DNA from: Candidatus Scalindua sp.
GTDB lineage: Bacteria > Planctomycetota > Brocadiia > Brocadiales > Scalinduaceae
Assembly (NCBI GenBank): GCA_031316235.1
Contig: JALDRA010000001.1
Span: 2,310,001-2,342,000, forward strand
Direction of reading: 5' to 3'
DNA: 32,000 bases
In this document: positions 30,065 through 32,000 of the stretch, piece by piece
Layout of the letters: each line of letters begins with the position of its first letter
How positions within the stretch are numbered: the stretch's first letter is position 1
The notes under the pieces: generated by a model
Databases searched by the model: none
Told to the model about the DNA's origin: nothing
What the model saw: only the letters and a program-made list of their open reading frames with translations
Program-made: the position numbers and the translations under genes

Positions 30065-30090
30065 AAGTGTACCTGGGTACACTTTTCTTT
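30065..30090 (+). terminator. Candidate intrinsic terminator about 160 nt downstream of atpG
   Basis: AAGTGTAC-CTGG-GTACACTT is followed by TTCTTT. The stem is AT-rich, so this is a weak call. Confidence 0.3.
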
Positions 30091-30472
30091 AAACTGTGGA
30101 ATAGTTACGTTGAGAAACCAGAGAAACAGTAAAATAATTTACCTGTTACTGGTACTTTTCAGGGCCATGCTTTCACTTTCGCTATAGTACGTTTTTCCCC
30201 TTCCTGTCCTGTTTAATCACCTCTATCTGTAAGATCCTCAGATTCATTAACTTATACACGGACAAGGAGTTAAAAAACAATAATGACAGTTATATTCCAT
30301 ATAACTCATCCATTTCATATTTTCCACATGTGATCAAGTTTCCCATTCGATATAATGTTATCGTACACTTTTTTTCTCATAGTGATTTTAAATTCAGAAA
30401 CATGTCATCTCTGGTATAAAATTTGTTATATATACATATATAGAGTGCATACTGCTTTATCGTGTTCGGAAG

Positions 30473-30498
30473 CTGGTTTTCCAGTCGGGTTTAAGTTA
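30473..30498 (+). repeat. Decayed mini B-like module
   Basis: CTGGTTTTCCAGTCGGGTTTAAGTTA compares with canonical ...CTGG..stem..CCAGATCGGTTTTAGTATA. Confidence 0.35.
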
Positions 30499-30541
30499 GC
30501 AAGCAGGGCATTCTTTCTACAGGCGTAGTAAGATATATACT

Positions 30542-30650
30542 TATACTCATCTCATAATGGTTTTCGGATAAAATCCGAGAAAAAACGGAGCGAGTATATC
30601 TTCACCAGGATTTGGTTTCCGGTAAAACCGAAAACCAAATCGGTTTTATA
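30542..30650 (+). repeat. Full-length (109-bp) modular interspersed element (A+B), copy 8, with a compensated stem substitution
   Basis: TATACTCATCTCATAATGGTTTTCGGATAAAATCCGAGAAAAAACGGAGCGAGTATATCTTCACCAGGATTTGGTTTCCGGTAAAACCGAAAACCAAATCGGTTTTATA. Confidence 0.95.
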
Positions 30651-30759
30651 ATTGATCTCTCCTCGCATTTTTGATTTTTTATTTACGTTTCCACCGCAAT
30701 AAGTATCATACAAAAAATCGAACTGTTAGTTGTTTGTTGATGAGATGAGCTTTTCATTT

Positions 30760-31737
30760 ATGAAAAAAATAGTTATTTTATCAACAGGTATCGTTCTTGG
30801 TTTGATTATTCTGCTGGCCATTCTGATAACCGTCAAAGACCGCATCATTAAATCCACTATAGAGATTGTTTCCAGGCAGGTTATGGGTGTTGAAACTGTT
30901 GTCGATCAGGTTTCTCTGGGCATTATAAAGCAGTCAGTTTCCATCAGGGGTTTGCGGCTGTATCAGCCTGAATCGTTTCCTGAAGGGATATTTATTGATG
31001 TCACGGAGATCAGTGGGTCCTGTAGGATAGCATCGTTTCTAAGAAAAAAAAATCATATTCCCAAACTGGTTCTGAATATCAAAGAAGTAATCTTGATAAA
31101 GGATAAATCCGGAAATCTTAATGTCGATGCTTTAAAAATTGTCCGGGAAAAGGAAATCAAGACTCAGGATGAAAAAGCAGAAATAGCTTTCCAGATTGAT
31201 GAAATGATCCTTACAATTGATAAGGTTATCTACAAACAGTACAGTCAGGATGACAAGCCGGTCATTAAAGCTTTTGACATAGGAGTTAAGGACGAGAAAT
31301 ACGAAAATATTACCAGCCCGCAACAACTTGCCGGCAAAATTTTACAGACAGTTTTGGAGCCTATGGCAGCCAGGGCAGGATTGAAAAGCGCAGCTATCTA
31401 CGGTATTGCCTCGATAACCGGTATAGGAATGATCCCTGTGGCGGCAGGTGCTGTTCTTTTTGGCAAAGACCATGCCCTTACAGAGCTAGATCAGGATTCT
31501 CGGGTAGTATATGAAGCCTGTGTGGCAACGCTAAGGAAATTGGGAGATGTGAGCAAAGAGAATAAAGAGAACGGGATAATTAAAGGGAATGCAAGCGGTT
31601 GCAGCATTAGCATAGAGCTGACAAAAACAAAACATGACAAGATACAGGTAAAGGTGTCCGCCCGGAAACTACTTTGGCCGAAACCAAAGATTGCCGGTGG
31701 TATCCTGTACGAGATAACTCAAAACCTGAAGGATTAA
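30760..31737 (+). CDS. Membrane-anchored hypothetical protein (AsmA-N-like N-terminal region; C-terminus reminiscent of DUF3568)
   Basis: The ORF is open from the TTG at 30730. MKKIVILSTGIVLGLIILLAIL at 30760 looks like the real signal-anchor start. The domain assignments come from remembered family patterns only. Confidence 0.6.
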   Translation: MKKIVILSTGIVLGLIILLAILITVKDRIIKSTIEIVSRQVMGVETVVDQVSLGIIKQSVSIRGLRLYQPESFPEGIFIDVTEISGSCRIASFLRKKNHIPKLVLNIKEVILIKDKSGNLNVDALKIVREKEIKTQDEKAEIAFQIDEMILTIDKVIYKQYSQDDKPVIKAFDIGVKDEKYENITSPQQLAGKILQTVLEPMAARAGLKSAAIYGIASITGIGMIPVAAGAVLFGKDHALTELDQDSRVVYEACVATLRKLGDVSKENKENGIIKGNASGCSISIELTKTKHDKIQVKVSARKLLWPKPKIAGGILYEITQNLKD

Positions 31738-31833
31738 AAAGCACTGTGTGGAATACTTAAGGCTACCGGTACGCATCACAGGTAAAACGGATCTTGCATT
31801 ATTTATAGTTTCGTAAAACTTAAAACATCAGAA

Positions 31834-31915
31834 TTCACCGGGATATTATCGGTTTTAGTATACTCACTCCGTTTTTTCTCGGATTTTATCCGAAACCCCT
31901 TATGAAATGAGTATA
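31834..31915. repeat. Composite: hairpin-deleted B module (+) abutting an inverted module A (-), sharing TATA
   Basis: TTCACCGGGATATTATCGGTTTTAGTATA (31834-31862) overlaps TATACTCACTCCGTTTTTTCTCGGATTTTATCCGAAACCCCTTATGAAATGAGTATA (31859-31915). Confidence 0.85.
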
Positions 31916-32000
31916 GTATGATGGGTGAGATGTGTTCTGCCCGGATGGATTATTGAGGATAAAACAAATTGGTGGGTTTGAAAATCATCAAAATTGTGGT

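Overview
Moderately AT-rich bacterial chromosomal window. The gene content is compatible with a planctomycete or anammox-type genome, but I cannot verify taxonomy from sequence alone. I support about 24 CDSs. These include a methyltransferase/ATP-grasp fusion next to an AstE/AspA-family deacylase. A decayed mobile-DNA patch follows: a Dam methylase remnant and two abutting IS fragments flanking an EEP-family secreted nuclease/phosphatase. A CheY-like receiver gene has a decayed duplicate of its own 5' end. A carbohydrate block holds a stand-alone CBM48 protein, a mannosyl/glucosylglycerate-synthase-like GT-A, MarC, an alpha-glucan phosphorylase and a Pat-like ACS(ADP)-GNAT fusion. A 990-aa protein with a divergent GlpX-like core plus a helical-repeat tail lies downstream of a eukaryote-type class I aldolase. 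There are also a beta-CASP MBL RNase, a BT1-type MFS transporter and a membrane-anchored hypothetical. The largest operon is a complete nine-gene N-ATPase cluster, atpD-C-Q-R-B-E-F-A-G, with no delta gene. The strongest non-genic signal is a very dense family of modular interspersed elements of about 112 bp. Module A is a 57-nt long hairpin and module B a 15-bp-stem hairpin with a T-rich tail. Each module is bounded by TATAC/GTATA. At least 11 loci occur in 32 kb, in both orientations, as full copies, single modules, deletion derivatives and an expanded copy. They fill nearly every intergenic gap, including inside the atp operon. I do not recognise this family and regard it as the best candidate for something undescribed. 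No rRNA, tRNA or CRISPR array was seen.
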